Below are positions 45,668 through 54,910 of a stretch of 64,000 nt of DNA, piece after piece. How positions within the stretch are numbered: the first letter of the stretch is position 1; the number at the start of each line of letters is the position of its first letter. A program made the position numbers and the translations under genes. The DNA is taken from the sequence record MN850630.1. One strand, written 5' to 3'. This stretch comes from Escherichia phage naam. The notes under the pieces were generated by a model. That model made no database searches. It had not been told where the DNA came from and saw only the letters and a list, made by a program, of their open reading frames with translations.

Positions 45668-45862
45668 TTAGAATATTGCTTCTTCCATTGCACCTGAGAG
45701 CAACAAAGAGGTGATCTGGCTAACATTCATCTCAGACTCTACTTCCTCCCCTTTGAAAGGTTCGCGGCAGAATAGGACTGTTTCAGGACTTTTACTTCGA
45801 ACAATATAATACAAATCATTCAATGTGTTGTAGTAATAAGTGTTAAAACGTAAGTTTTTCAT
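45668..45862 (-). CDS. hypothetical protein
   Basis: 64 aa. Confidence 0.45.
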   Translation of the reverse strand: MKNLRFNTYYYNTLNDLYYIVRSKSPETVLFCREPFKGEEVESEMNVSQITSLLLSGAMEEAIF

Positions 45863-46146
45863 TTTCTAGTCCCCTTCTTAGATTTTTGTGTAGAAACGCT
45901 TTCTGCAATACGAGACAAACGTTCTTCTGAAGCCTTGCCTATTCCAGGTTTTTTGAGTGGGTTATCTTTATGACCACAATCCAATTGGATATTGGATACC
46001 TCTCCAACCTTGTAAGTCAATTCTAGCAAAAGGTTGTCGTCCTTGTCAAATGTTCTTACGATAAATTTTTTATCGTTCTCCTGAACTTCGTATCGGGTAC
46101 CCGCAGTATACAGCATGGTGCCATCCGCATAGGATATCCAGATCAT
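45859..46146 (-). CDS. hypothetical protein
   Basis: 95 aa; coupled. Confidence 0.5.
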   Translation of the reverse strand: MIWISYADGTMLYTAGTRYEVQENDKKFIVRTFDKDDNLLLELTYKVGEVSNIQLDCGHKDNPLKKPGIGKASEERLSRIAESVSTQKSKKGTRK

Positions 46147-46490
46147 TGAACCTCCTTCTGCTGCAACAGCATTAACTCTTTGTTGGAGATTTTTACTGCT
46201 GTTTTTATTGTTCCATCTTCACGAAACCACGACCAGAACTCTACAGTGTCCCCACTGTCAAGCAAAGCATACCCGTGGTAGAAGTCTTTGTCCTTAGACA
46301 GTTTCTCATCTATGTCTGCATCGACACATTCGTGATCCATAGCATTTTGCCTGAATGCATCGGTTATACCAATGCACGCCTTGCTCTCAAGACTGGTATA
46401 TCCGATATCTTTTAATTCAGTTTCCCAAGTCCAGTACCCTATAAAAGCTAAAACAGCTACCCACATTAATAACGTTTTAATCTTTGGCAT
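46143..46490 (-). CDS. hypothetical protein with N-terminal signal or membrane anchor
   Basis: MPKIKTLLMWVAVLAFIGYWTW start. Confidence 0.5.
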   Translation of the reverse strand: MPKIKTLLMWVAVLAFIGYWTWETELKDIGYTSLESKACIGITDAFRQNAMDHECVDADIDEKLSKDKDFYHGYALLDSGDTVEFWSWFREDGTIKTAVKISNKELMLLQQKEVQ

Positions 46491-46552
46491 TCTCTCTACC
46501 TCTTTCTTAGTTTATTTCACTATGGCACATCCTTTGTGCCATATCTCAACCA

Positions 46553-47014
46553 CTACTTAAATAGTAGTCCAAAATAGTGCAAAATTAACAGAAGTTGAAC
46601 TACACCTAGTGCAACGGCGAGTATGTTAATCTTAGAATCGAAAAACTTCTTAACTTTTACTCTAAAAGGTTCCTTAATGTCCTTTACGATCCTATTTATA
46701 GATGATTTCATATCCCTGATTACCATCCTAAACATTAGAGACGGATCTTCCTTCTCTGTAATAGAATCGAAAACATACTCTCTTCGGTCATAAGGACCTC
46801 CAGATCTGCGTATTAACCTCTCCACAGAGACCTCGTACGACACACCTGTAACGTAATCATCTATGATAAGTAGTGACGGGTCTTTATCGTCCAAGGGTAT
46901 TAAAGTTATCTTTCCAGATTTTGTTAAAATTTCTCCTTTTTCAAGCAAGGTGTACCAATGCTCTCTACCAAGATTGTTGAGGCACGTTTTTACATATTTA
47001 ACAAACATCGTCAC
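46553..47014 (-). CDS. hypothetical protein with C-terminal membrane helix
   Basis: C-terminal INILAVALGVVQLLLILHYFGLLF; 153 aa. Confidence 0.5.
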   Translation of the reverse strand: MTMFVKYVKTCLNNLGREHWYTLLEKGEILTKSGKITLIPLDDKDPSLLIIDDYVTGVSYEVSVERLIRRSGGPYDRREYVFDSITEKEDPSLMFRMVIRDMKSSINRIVKDIKEPFRVKVKKFFDSKINILAVALGVVQLLLILHYFGLLFK

Positions 47015-47214
47015 CCCTCATCGCACGTCTGATATAACCACTCTATGAAATCTTGATACCATTCGCCCTCTGAGCGCTCCGTAGGCCAATAATCTTCACC
47101 CTCTCGTGCATTAAAATCTGAGTATTCAACTTTCCACTCCTTTACCAGCTCGTGGAGAAGGTTTTCAGCCTGCTCTAAAGATTTATTTTTTGCCATTGCT
47201 GTCTCCTTTTTCAA
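47011..47214 (-). CDS. hypothetical protein
   Basis: Internal ATG at 47196 after AAAAAGGAGA is a likely alternative start. Confidence 0.5.
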   Translation of the reverse strand: MKKETAMAKNKSLEQAENLLHELVKEWKVEYSDFNAREGEDYWPTERSEGEWYQDFIEWLYQTCDEG

Positions 47215-47415
47215 GATAGTTATACATCAGAACTGCACCACCTAAGATGGCTACCAGTAACAATATCCCAGATAGCATCTCAATAAACATGGCTTGAAAC
47301 ACTGGAAGGTCTCCCTAAATTAACGCACCATTTTAAATACATGCTCTTTTCCCATAAAGGTGCCTGGCTAAGATCTGCGTAGAACGCAATCTCTTTAAGA
47401 ACAGTATAGATAGTT

Positions 47416-47643
47416 TTAGGTGCGGTCTCCATCCCTACTCTCCTTCCTGATATTCTTGTAGTAATCAACTAGGCACATTATTACGATGAAGATAACAACA
47501 GGCCAAAAAGGTGCAGCAGTGATGATGGTGATAAAATCATCAAACTTCACCCTTCGTCTGGACACGATGCATACACCTGTCAAGAATACCGCTGTTATAA
47601 CGGACATTACCAGGTAACCTATTAGCACAACATTTATACTCAT
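47416..47643 (-). CDS. hypothetical membrane protein
   Basis: Two hydrophobic helices; 75 aa. Confidence 0.5.
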   Translation of the reverse strand: MSINVVLIGYLVMSVITAVFLTGVCIVSRRRVKFDDFITIITAAPFWPVVIFIVIMCLVDYYKNIRKESRDGDRT

Positions 47644-47673
47644 TGGTCCTCCCTTTGTAGGTTAAATTGTATA

Positions 47674-48207
47674 CTACAAATGGTCGCTGAGGGTGTCAAG
47701 AAAATTATCCCGTTCTTTCTCAGAGTTTTCATGTGTGTAGCTGAAAAACATATCGAGAATAACCTTATTGATATATTCCAGCTCCTCTGTGTTCAGATGC
47801 TTAGCAGGATCTACAATGACATCCCAAATATCATACAGACCACACTCATGATACCCATAACGCCACTCAATTGTCAAGCTGAGCGGCAAATCTTTACCTT
47901 CACAAACAACCTTCCATCTACATATGTTGGTATCTGGTCGTACCTGTGCACGGTACACCTGCACAAAATCCAATTTGAATTTGAGGTACTCGTCATACAA
48001 TTTAAGCACAAAGCTCTCGATTTGTGGAGACACTTTTGCAGCAAACTGTGCGTATTTGTACTTGCACTGGATGATCTTTCTGCGTTTTGCAGTTAAATTT
48101 TTTGCCGCCAGTTGTTCTTCAGTGTATCTCCACCTACGATCAACAAACGCAACAGGGTCTTTGTCCCCATAGAGGTCTTCCCAGTTAATCAGAAGCATAC
48201 CTGTCAC
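47674..48207 (-). CDS. hypothetical protein
   Basis: 177 aa. Confidence 0.55.
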   Translation of the reverse strand: MTGMLLINWEDLYGDKDPVAFVDRRWRYTEEQLAAKNLTAKRRKIIQCKYKYAQFAAKVSPQIESFVLKLYDEYLKFKLDFVQVYRAQVRPDTNICRWKVVCEGKDLPLSLTIEWRYGYHECGLYDIWDVIVDPAKHLNTEELEYINKVILDMFFSYTHENSEKERDNFLDTLSDHL

Positions 48208-48437
48208 TCCTCCACAACTTCAAGGCCTTTACCGCCTCGCTCTGGCAGATTACTTAAAGATAGGTAATACATATAATCAGGAGAGATCCTGCCAGACTCT
48301 GCACCTGCAGCTAGTAAATCCTTCCCTTTAACCAGGACAACATTCTCGTTTGCAGATAGCCGTTTTGCTTCCACAATTTTACCGACACAGTCAACCAAGG
48401 AAGGGTACCCTAAATCTGTAAGAAATTTAACTTTCAT
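48204..48437 (-). CDS. small acidic protein (paralog family)
   Basis: MKVKFLTDLGYP start; LVKGKDLLAAGA core; ends LEVVEE. Confidence 0.55.
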   Translation of the reverse strand: MKVKFLTDLGYPSLVDCVGKIVEAKRLSANENVVLVKGKDLLAAGAESGRISPDYMYYLSLSNLPERGGKGLEVVEE

Positions 48438-48474
48438 GCTACCTCCTACCTACCGTCCCTGGTAAGATAAATTA

Positions 48475-48873
48475 TTACTGAACAGAGCGCGGTGCTGGGA
48501 AGGATAACTCTTCTAAAGAGAAGATTTCATTTCCTACCACCCAAGTTGCTGGGTCATCTGGATCAACAGGTTGGATAATCATTACCTCATCCGCCTCGCA
48601 CACACGTTTCCCACCCATAGTAGCGTCAGCCACTAACATACGCGGCTCTTCAGAAATGCACAGGTAGCCACCTCGGCCCACTGTTCCTTCCACGGGATCC
48701 TGCCCTTTGACCACAATGAATACCTTCTCTCCTGTGGCGATATTACTTTTCACACTAACAGTTTGACCAACTTTAGATGTACCGATCTTGGTGGCTTCAA
48801 ACATTAAATCCCGAATTACTGTTGCATAGTTGCCGGACACTTTCTTACCTTCTTTAGTAATCTCAATCTTCAT
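48475..48873 (-). CDS. hypothetical protein
   Basis: MKIEITKEG start; 132 aa. Confidence 0.55.
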   Translation of the reverse strand: MKIEITKEGKKVSGNYATVIRDLMFEATKIGTSKVGQTVSVKSNIATGEKVFIVVKGQDPVEGTVGRGGYLCISEEPRMLVADATMGGKRVCEADEVMIIQPVDPDDPATWVVGNEIFSLEELSFPAPRSVQ

Positions 48874-49142
48874 AATCTAGGCTCCTTAAATGAATCTATG
48901 TAATCAATTAAATCCCAAGCATCCCTATGACCTGTCAGAGGGTATACTTCTCCAAGAGGGATCATAGCAATAAGTCTATCAAAAACCCAATCTGGACGCA
49001 ACATTTTATGGTGATACTCCCACTCACCTTCTACAGACTTTTTCTGAGTGATCAGGATCTCTGTGTAGTGTTTCGCCTGTCTTGAGTAGATTGAGAATGA
49101 CTTGTACATAAATGGCCCCCTCTTGTTGAAAACAAAATACAC
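48870..49142 (-). CDS. hypothetical protein
   Basis: 90 aa; coupled start. Confidence 0.5.
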   Translation of the reverse strand: MYFVFNKRGPFMYKSFSIYSRQAKHYTEILITQKKSVEGEWEYHHKMLRPDWVFDRLIAMIPLGEVYPLTGHRDAWDLIDYIDSFKEPRL

Positions 49143-49144
49143 TA

Positions 49145-49429
49145 CTACCAGGTCACTGTCAAGTAGGCAACTGTGTTATTTTTCTCCGGAGAGATGCCAA
49201 CAACATCCACCTGCAGACCTCCTGCCCTCAAATCCCCAACAATGTGTGGGAAGTAGTCTGAGAGGTGTGATGGGAGATTTATCGAAAATCCACATCCCAG
49301 AAAGCCTGCTAACGCTTTATTTTGTATCTCCCCAACAATCGCATCATAAATAGAGTTAAGCTCGTCAGGAAGCGTTACAGGACGTTTTAGCGCTAACTGG
49401 TGCAACTTGTCCTTAGCACTCATTTTCAT
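49145..49429 (-). CDS. hypothetical protein
   Basis: ATG at 49429 overlaps the methyltransferase stop (ATGA); track ORF 49145..49498. Confidence 0.5.
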   Translation of the reverse strand: MKMSAKDKLHQLALKRPVTLPDELNSIYDAIVGEIQNKALAGFLGCGFSINLPSHLSDYFPHIVGDLRAGGLQVDVVGISPEKNNTVAYLTVTW

Positions 49430-49959
49430 TTCAAGTCTGCCTCTGGTGGTGCCAACCACATAAATGGCGGCAAGTCTAGACGGTTTTTCTTGTCCCATAC
49501 AAAATATGCATATGCCTGCCCATCCGTTCTACCATTAGATTGGAATGACGGACGCTTAGATATTGTGATCACAGTGGTAGGTGCATTATCAAGCCACCAT
49601 TCAAATCTGGCCTTGCTTTCCAGAAAATTAAGACGCAAAAGCATAATAACTACGTCGGCATCTTTCAACGCCTTGTCCACAAACTCACGAGCCAGGCTGT
49701 ACGGCGGGTTGGTGATAATACAGTCAACATGGTTGTATTCTGTATTCAGATAGTCAACACCTTCTTGGATTTCTCCCCATGCAGATCCTAACGGCATACG
49801 GGAGTAGAACACACCTGAGGCACTATTCCTGCAAGGCTCTAAGTAGGTCCAGTCTTCTGGGAACGGAATAAGGTAATACAGCCCTTCTGCACACCACTCC
49901 GGTGTCACATACTCATCGTAGGCGTTACGTTGTTCATCAGGTTTTCTAGCACAAGTCAT
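49426..49959 (-). CDS. phage Dam-like DNA N6-adenine methyltransferase (small)
   Basis: Motif IV IITNPPYSL and upstream EYVTPEW; 177 aa. Confidence 0.7.
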   Translation of the reverse strand: MTCARKPDEQRNAYDEYVTPEWCAEGLYYLIPFPEDWTYLEPCRNSASGVFYSRMPLGSAWGEIQEGVDYLNTEYNHVDCIITNPPYSLAREFVDKALKDADVVIMLLRLNFLESKARFEWWLDNAPTTVITISKRPSFQSNGRTDGQAYAYFVWDKKNRLDLPPFMWLAPPEADLK

Positions 49960-50010
49960 GCAAATCTCCAGATCATAAAAGCCCTCCGAAGAGGGCTTTA
50001 GAATTAATGT

Positions 50011-51060
50011 TTAAGCTTCTTCGACAATTCCTGCACCCAGGATTTTTTCATTGAGCTCTTTTGCTGTTTTAATAATATTGTCCACAAGACGCTTGCGAGT
50101 CTTATCTTTCACCTTAACCTCTTCACCGCCGTTCAGAGTAGTCTTCAATTGAGACAGAATATCCTGAAGTTCAACGACAGAGAATCTCTGCAGATCTTCT
50201 GAAGTAATCTCACCCAGGGCAATTCGGACGGTCTCGCCACTTTCCATCTGCAGATTCAGGAACACAGTGTGAACATCACCTTTCGAACCACCCGCTTTTG
50301 CAGATTCAACAGCATGAACTAACTCATCTAAAGATGTGCACTGATGAATCTCCGGAAGACCTGCTTCACCTAACACGCCTTCTTCATCACCTTTTGCCAG
50401 AAGCTTTTTCGGTTTTTGTCCGTTCTGGATGCGTTGTATGTTGCCTTCATCCAGAATAATAGCTCCAGTGCGTGCTGCCAACTCTTCTCCGTCCAACCAC
50501 ACTTCGCCACCAGCTGTGATGGATGCGATCTCATCTTCTGTCAGCACCCCACCGTAGTATTTTTCGATCAGGTGTTCAAAACGTTTTTTCCAGTAGCTGA
50601 CCTGAGTATTCATGTTAACACCGTTACCATAAGTGCCACCTTGATAGTAGTGGAACATAAATTCTGTGTCCGGAGCCACAGTACGTTCTTTGCAACCAAG
50701 CCATAAGATTGTTCCAGCAGAGCAGCACATCCCTTCAGCATGTGCAACAACGCTTGCCTGAGACTCGCGGAATGCCTGCAGATAGGCCATTGCAATGTGC
50801 ACGCAACCACCAGGGCTATTGATGATCACACGAATGCTTTCTTCCGGCTGCGCCATACGGATCGTCTGCAGACGAGACATATGATCCTGCAGGTCCTCCA
50901 AATCGTCGATATAAAGAACGTGGTCAACAACAGGTGTTGGGTAGCTGTATGTTTCCATGATACCGCCCGGCATACCAAACATTTTATTACTCATAGGTTC
51001 GAAACCGTTCTGTTTTTCTTTCATGCCGTGTACCATGGTGCTGCGAGGTGTTAAATTCAT
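50011..51060 (-). CDS. ClpP-like serine peptidase (S14 family) with N- and C-terminal extensions
   Basis: VIINSPGG (ClpP INSPGG), catalytic Ser context GMCCSAG, His context FMFHYYQGG; 349 aa against about 200 for canonical ClpP. Confidence 0.7.
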   Translation of the reverse strand: MNLTPRSTMVHGMKEKQNGFEPMSNKMFGMPGGIMETYSYPTPVVDHVLYIDDLEDLQDHMSRLQTIRMAQPEESIRVIINSPGGCVHIAMAYLQAFRESQASVVAHAEGMCCSAGTILWLGCKERTVAPDTEFMFHYYQGGTYGNGVNMNTQVSYWKKRFEHLIEKYYGGVLTEDEIASITAGGEVWLDGEELAARTGAIILDEGNIQRIQNGQKPKKLLAKGDEEGVLGEAGLPEIHQCTSLDELVHAVESAKAGGSKGDVHTVFLNLQMESGETVRIALGEITSEDLQRFSVVELQDILSQLKTTLNGGEEVKVKDKTRKRLVDNIIKTAKELNEKILGAGIVEEA

Positions 51061-51120
51061 GAGAAATCCTTAATATTGGAAGTTGAAAGCTATTTATTTA
51101 AACCTGATTCACATTTACCT

Positions 51121-51432
51121 TTATTTAGCAATCACTATGGAGTACTTACGATTGTCAGAAGCATCACAACTCAATGATTGCCAATCTACCACATACCACG
51201 TATCATTGTCAACAATTACTTTATCGCCTGTTCTGTAGCAAGTGCTGCTTTCAATAATTCGAGACTCGATAAAGAATCTGTGTCGGCGCTCACGTAGCAA
51301 CGCTAAGTTGATTATATTACCACCGCTGTCCTTGGTCCACACATTCTTGGATCCTTTATTTGCCAAAATTGTCTCACCGTTATAGACAAATAGGCAGTAT
51401 ATTTTATTCAGTTTCTCTTGTATTGTAGCCAT
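51121..51432 (-). CDS. hypothetical protein
   Basis: ATG after AGAAGGA, preceded by a minus-strand TTGACA-17-TATTAT promoter (track ORF 51121..51555). Confidence 0.5.
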   Translation of the reverse strand: MATIQEKLNKIYCLFVYNGETILANKGSKNVWTKDSGGNIINLALLRERRHRFFIESRIIESSTCYRTGDKVIVDNDTWYVVDWQSLSCDASDNRKYSIVIAK

Positions 51433-51533
51433 ACTGTCCTTCTCTTTGTTTTGTCCGATAATAATATCTAAAGCTTGCCTATTTGTCAACAACTGTTTTA
51501 GATATTTAAGGGTGGAATAACCACCCTTCTGTA

Positions 51534-52322
51534 TTACTCGGAAACAGGGGTCCAAATATGATTTGCACGATCCTCAATAAGATTGAGTGCGATTTGACGA
51601 CCCAACCCGGAACGAACGACATCGTCTGGACTATCAAAGCTGATCATTCCAACCTCAGGATCTGGATGACGAGTAAAGAAATCCGTCACCCATGCAAGGC
51701 CAGATTTACCAGGGATGTCACGTTGGCTATTATCACCCATAATTACAAGGGTGGCTTGATCAGAGATCCTTGTGATAATTGACAACATTTCTTCAGGGTT
51801 AGTTTGCTGTGCCTCGTCAATCAGGACAAAGCATCGCTCATCGAAACTACGACCACGAATGCTTTCAACTTCACAAATCTCGATACGACTGTTCTGACCG
51901 TCTCCCAGCATTGCGGCAAAAGCACCTTTGCCAACACGACGACAAATCGTGTCCATCATGCTTCGAAGATAGGGCCACAGTTTCTGCATTGCATTTCCTG
52001 GTTTAAATCCTGAAGTCTTTCCTGTCTGGACGTAAGGACGTGCAACAATGATCTTATCAATCTCGTTCTTACGCAGAAGATCACCTGCATATGCAGATGC
52101 CATAAATGTCTTACCGGATCCAAACACACCGTTTACAATAATAATCTTACGTGACCCTAGATAATCAAGATACTTTTGCTGCTTCTTATTCATTGGTCGG
52201 AGAGCTGGAGCGGTGTGCTCTCTTTCGTCAGCAAATTTCTCAGCAGCCTTACGCAGGCGATCAGATTTGCGAGCCTCTCTAGCTTCATCACGCATGCGTT
52301 TTGTTTCTTTAGCTCGACCCAT
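51534..52322 (-). CDS. phoH: PhoH-like ATPase
   Basis: Walker A VNGVFGSGKTFMA, Walker B FVLIDEAQ, later VIMGDNSQRD; 262 aa. Confidence 0.85.
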   Translation of the reverse strand: MGRAKETKRMRDEAREARKSDRLRKAAEKFADEREHTAPALRPMNKKQQKYLDYLGSRKIIIVNGVFGSGKTFMASAYAGDLLRKNEIDKIIVARPYVQTGKTSGFKPGNAMQKLWPYLRSMMDTICRRVGKGAFAAMLGDGQNSRIEICEVESIRGRSFDERCFVLIDEAQQTNPEEMLSIITRISDQATLVIMGDNSQRDIPGKSGLAWVTDFFTRHPDPEVGMISFDSPDDVVRSGLGRQIALNLIEDRANHIWTPVSE

Positions 52323-52360
52323 GTTGGGACTCCTTTCAGATTGAGATGTGCCAAGTACTT

Positions 52361-52711
52361 TTACTGCAACAGTTTTTCAATAGCCGCTTCCATGCTGCTT
52401 GCAACAGCCTGAACTCGGATATTCATCTCTTCTTGGTGGATCAGCTCCTTAAGCTCTTTAATGGTAAATTCTTTAGAGAAACCTTCCACCATAATCTTGT
52501 GCAAGGCTTCTTGCGTGTCTACTTGCAAGAACTTTTCCAGTTTGTTGGCAGAGGCTTCTAAATCAGCCCGAATACGAGGGTCATCTGTGCGATTCAGCAT
52601 TAGGCGTAAGCCATCAAGATTAGTAGAAATAGCATCTGCATGTTGAGTAACTAACCGTGGCAAAATGAGATCTACAAACTTATTAGCCAAATCGATACGT
52701 TCTTGTGTCAC
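52361..52711 (-). CDS. hypothetical protein
   Basis: GTG start overlapping the stop of the upstream micro-ORF (GTGA); 116 aa. Confidence 0.5.
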   Translation of the reverse strand: MTQERIDLANKFVDLILPRLVTQHADAISTNLDGLRLMLNRTDDPRIRADLEASANKLEKFLQVDTQEALHKIMVEGFSKEFTIKELKELIHQEEMNIRVQAVASSMEAAIEKLLQ

Positions 52712-52821
52712 TGTTGCACCCCCTCTTCATCTTCATGATGTTTCTTTTCACGCTTGTGTTTTTTCTTAAGCTCAAGCGCAATCTCTTTCTTGTACGCCTT
52801 CTTCAAGGCTTTTTTAGCCAT
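52708..52821 (-). CDS. small lysine-rich basic peptide (37 aa; not in ORF track)
   Basis: ATG after GAGGAGG; MAKKALKKAYKKEIALELKKKHKREKKHHEDEEGVQQ. Confidence 0.5.
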   Translation of the reverse strand: MAKKALKKAYKKEIALELKKKHKREKKHHEDEEGVQQ

Positions 52822-52883
52822 TTGGCACCTCCTCTGCTTTCATTACGACAATTATAACCGACTTAACAAAGCTTTGTCAACGA

Positions 52884-53357
52884 TTAGTCAACCTGAACCC
52901 AACCATCTGCTACCTTTTTAAACATTCTTTGGTTATCACTGCCTCTAAAGGGTTTTTTGGTGGGGTTATCTTTTTCGTACTTACCGTCCATAATGTAATC
53001 AACACTATCTTTAATGTAATCGGGGACTTCTTCAAACAAATACCCTGTGTACACCCAGATAGTTTTTGTGTTGCCGAAGTGTTCACGGATAGCGCGAATG
53101 ATCGAGTACATACCATCAATATTGTAAGGCGCTAAAGGTTCGCCACCGCATAATGTAACGCCAGTAATGTGTTTCGGCTCTATAGAGTGAAGTATACTCT
53201 CAATAGTGTCATTTGTTAACGGTTCCCCTTTAGCTGGTGACCAAACACTTTTGTTTTGGCAACCGACGCAGTGATGTGGGCAACCAGAACAGAACACCGT
53301 TGTCCTAATGCCTGGGCCGTCAACCATGCTACACTCTATAATATTAACAACATTCAT
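52884..53357 (-). CDS. nrdG: anaerobic ribonucleotide reductase activating protein (radical SAM)
   Basis: CSGCPHHCVGC cysteine cluster near the N-terminus; 157 aa; same operon as nrdD. Confidence 0.85.
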   Translation of the reverse strand: MNVVNIIECSMVDGPGIRTTVFCSGCPHHCVGCQNKSVWSPAKGEPLTNDTIESILHSIEPKHITGVTLCGGEPLAPYNIDGMYSIIRAIREHFGNTKTIWVYTGYLFEEVPDYIKDSVDYIMDGKYEKDNPTKKPFRGSDNQRMFKKVADGWVQVD

Positions 53358-53590
53358 TCCTTATCCTCTTTTAGGTAAGGATATTCAGGCCCACAATAAG
53401 CTCTATCCAAGAAAACAGCTTCTTCCCCTCTGGAATCAGTAGATCTATAATACCCATCACCATGGTAACTAACGAACCAGTGGCACCCATCATCGCTTTC
53501 TACTGTTGTGGCTCTGTCCGAATGAAAGATAATTTCGTAATCCTTACCGAATGTAAACCATCTGTTAGCTTTTACACAGACACCTATCAT
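53354..53590 (-). CDS. hypothetical protein
   Basis: ATGA coupling to nrdG; AGAAGAGAGG RBS; 78 aa. Confidence 0.55.
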   Translation of the reverse strand: MIGVCVKANRWFTFGKDYEIIFHSDRATTVESDDGCHWFVSYHGDGYYRSTDSRGEEAVFLDRAYCGPEYPYLKEDKE

Positions 53591-53741
53591 AAGGAACCTC
53601 TCTTCTGTGATGTGCTTCTATTCAAGATAAACCTATAAAAGTCCATTTGATGAAGCCGTATAACTTTTTATACTTACGCTTCAGTGCTAACAATTTTATC
53701 TTGATTTTCTTGATAGATTTCCGCATTTCGACCCCTTATGC

Positions 53742-53858
53742 TTATAAGTACTCCGCATCGCATTCAGGGCAATGCCAAATAAAATCGTCCAGTGCCTTGC
53801 ACCAACGAAGATTGCAACGACAACCACACTTGCAAATTTTATAAATACCTGATGACAT
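53742..53858 (-). CDS. small cysteine-rich zinc-ribbon-like peptide (38 aa; not in ORF track)
   Basis: ATG after TAAGGAGGT; MSSGIYKICKCGCRCNLRWCKALDDFIWHCPECDAEYL, codon-verified by hand. Confidence 0.5.
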   Translation of the reverse strand: MSSGIYKICKCGCRCNLRWCKALDDFIWHCPECDAEYL

Positions 53859-53910
53859 ACTGCACCTCCTTAGTTAATAGCATGTTTAAGATATGCATAT
53901 CTTTCTACAA

Positions 53911-54843
53911 TCATTTACCACAAATCTTCTTGTATACCTCTTCTACCGTGTCAAACACTTCAGGCCTGTAGTAGAAAAACTCAGTGCTACCGTCAAATTT
54001 TACAGGAAAGTTTATTTTATACTTGCTCAAGGCCTTATGCACAGATTTTTCTAAATCTACCATGTTTTGAGTTGATCCGCTCCATGTTTTTACTACGTGA
54101 AGAGTGTGGACACCTGCGCCAGATTTACGAGCACTGTTAAGCACCTCATTTTTCCTCCTGTGCATTTTAACGCATACACCGATTTTCATAAGTGTTGGCA
54201 CTTCTAAGTCATCAACCATAATGTAGAGTTTACCGTACTCATGAGATAAGAATCCATTTTGTGCGCATTTACAGCAGCCACGACCACTTTTTAGGTTATT
54301 AGGTTTAGCAGACCACTTATACCCACAAATTTTGCACCTACATTGCACTTTTGTGTTATCATTGGCAATTTTCTCTAATATTTCTATGTCTGGGTTGGCT
54401 TTGTGGATAATTGCAGCGTGCTCCTTATGGGTTAACGCTTGACTTTGCCCACGTCTTAAGTCATAGCACTCTGGGCAGCCGTTTCTTTGGTATAAGTGGT
54501 TTTCAGGGTATTGTTCAAACACACCGTGTTCAGGGCAAACAATTTTTACAGGCGTTCTCATGTTCGCATATTTGACTAATGAGTAATCGTACTTGTCCCC
54601 ATGAACAGCCATAGCCTCTTTTATGAACTCTTCAGTGTTCTTTTTCGCTGACCCACCACACCTTGGACAACCATGATTCTTGAAAGCATGTGCCACAGGG
54701 GTTTGCCAGAACTCACCGTGCTCAGGACAAATTATACACACAGGTGTCTTGTTGTTTTTATACTCCACTTTGAAGTAATCATATTTGTCACCATGTATAG
54801 TCTGAGCTTTTTCTATAAACTCTTCGGTTGTTAGTCTTCTCAT
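53911..54843 (-). CDS. putative homing-endonuclease-like protein (three zinc-ribbon repeats plus C-terminal T5orf172/GIY-YIG-like domain)
   Basis: Three repeats of CPEHG.F.Q.P..H.....GCP.CG; C-terminal LYIMVDD...KIGV...R...EFFYY fits the T5orf172 pattern; own promoter and upstream terminator; lies between nrdD and nrdG. Confidence 0.65.
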   Translation of the reverse strand: MRRLTTEEFIEKAQTIHGDKYDYFKVEYKNNKTPVCIICPEHGEFWQTPVAHAFKNHGCPRCGGSAKKNTEEFIKEAMAVHGDKYDYSLVKYANMRTPVKIVCPEHGVFEQYPENHLYQRNGCPECYDLRRGQSQALTHKEHAAIIHKANPDIEILEKIANDNTKVQCRCKICGYKWSAKPNNLKSGRGCCKCAQNGFLSHEYGKLYIMVDDLEVPTLMKIGVCVKMHRRKNEVLNSARKSGAGVHTLHVVKTWSGSTQNMVDLEKSVHKALSKYKINFPVKFDGSTEFFYYRPEVFDTVEEVYKKICGK

Positions 54844-54881
54844 TACCAGACCAGACCCTTCCGCTATTCACTTTATATTGC

Positions 54882-54910
54882 ATACTATAGAAAAGAGGAA
54901 TAGAAGTCAA
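54882..54910 (-). promoter_or_regulatory. sigma70-like promoter for the endonuclease-like gene
   Basis: Minus strand TTGACT, 17-bp spacer, TAGTAT. Confidence 0.5.

Noticed and set aside
47280-47468. 62-aa minus-strand ORF overlapping the membrane-protein gene 47416..47643
   Set aside because: Extensive overlap with a better-supported gene and a weak start context.
50740-51054. Plus-strand ORFs inside the minus-strand block (for example 39305..39643, 47680..48096, 50416..50706, 50740..51054, 61792..62211)
   Set aside because: They are antisense to minus-strand genes that have RBS and coupling signals; no independent support.
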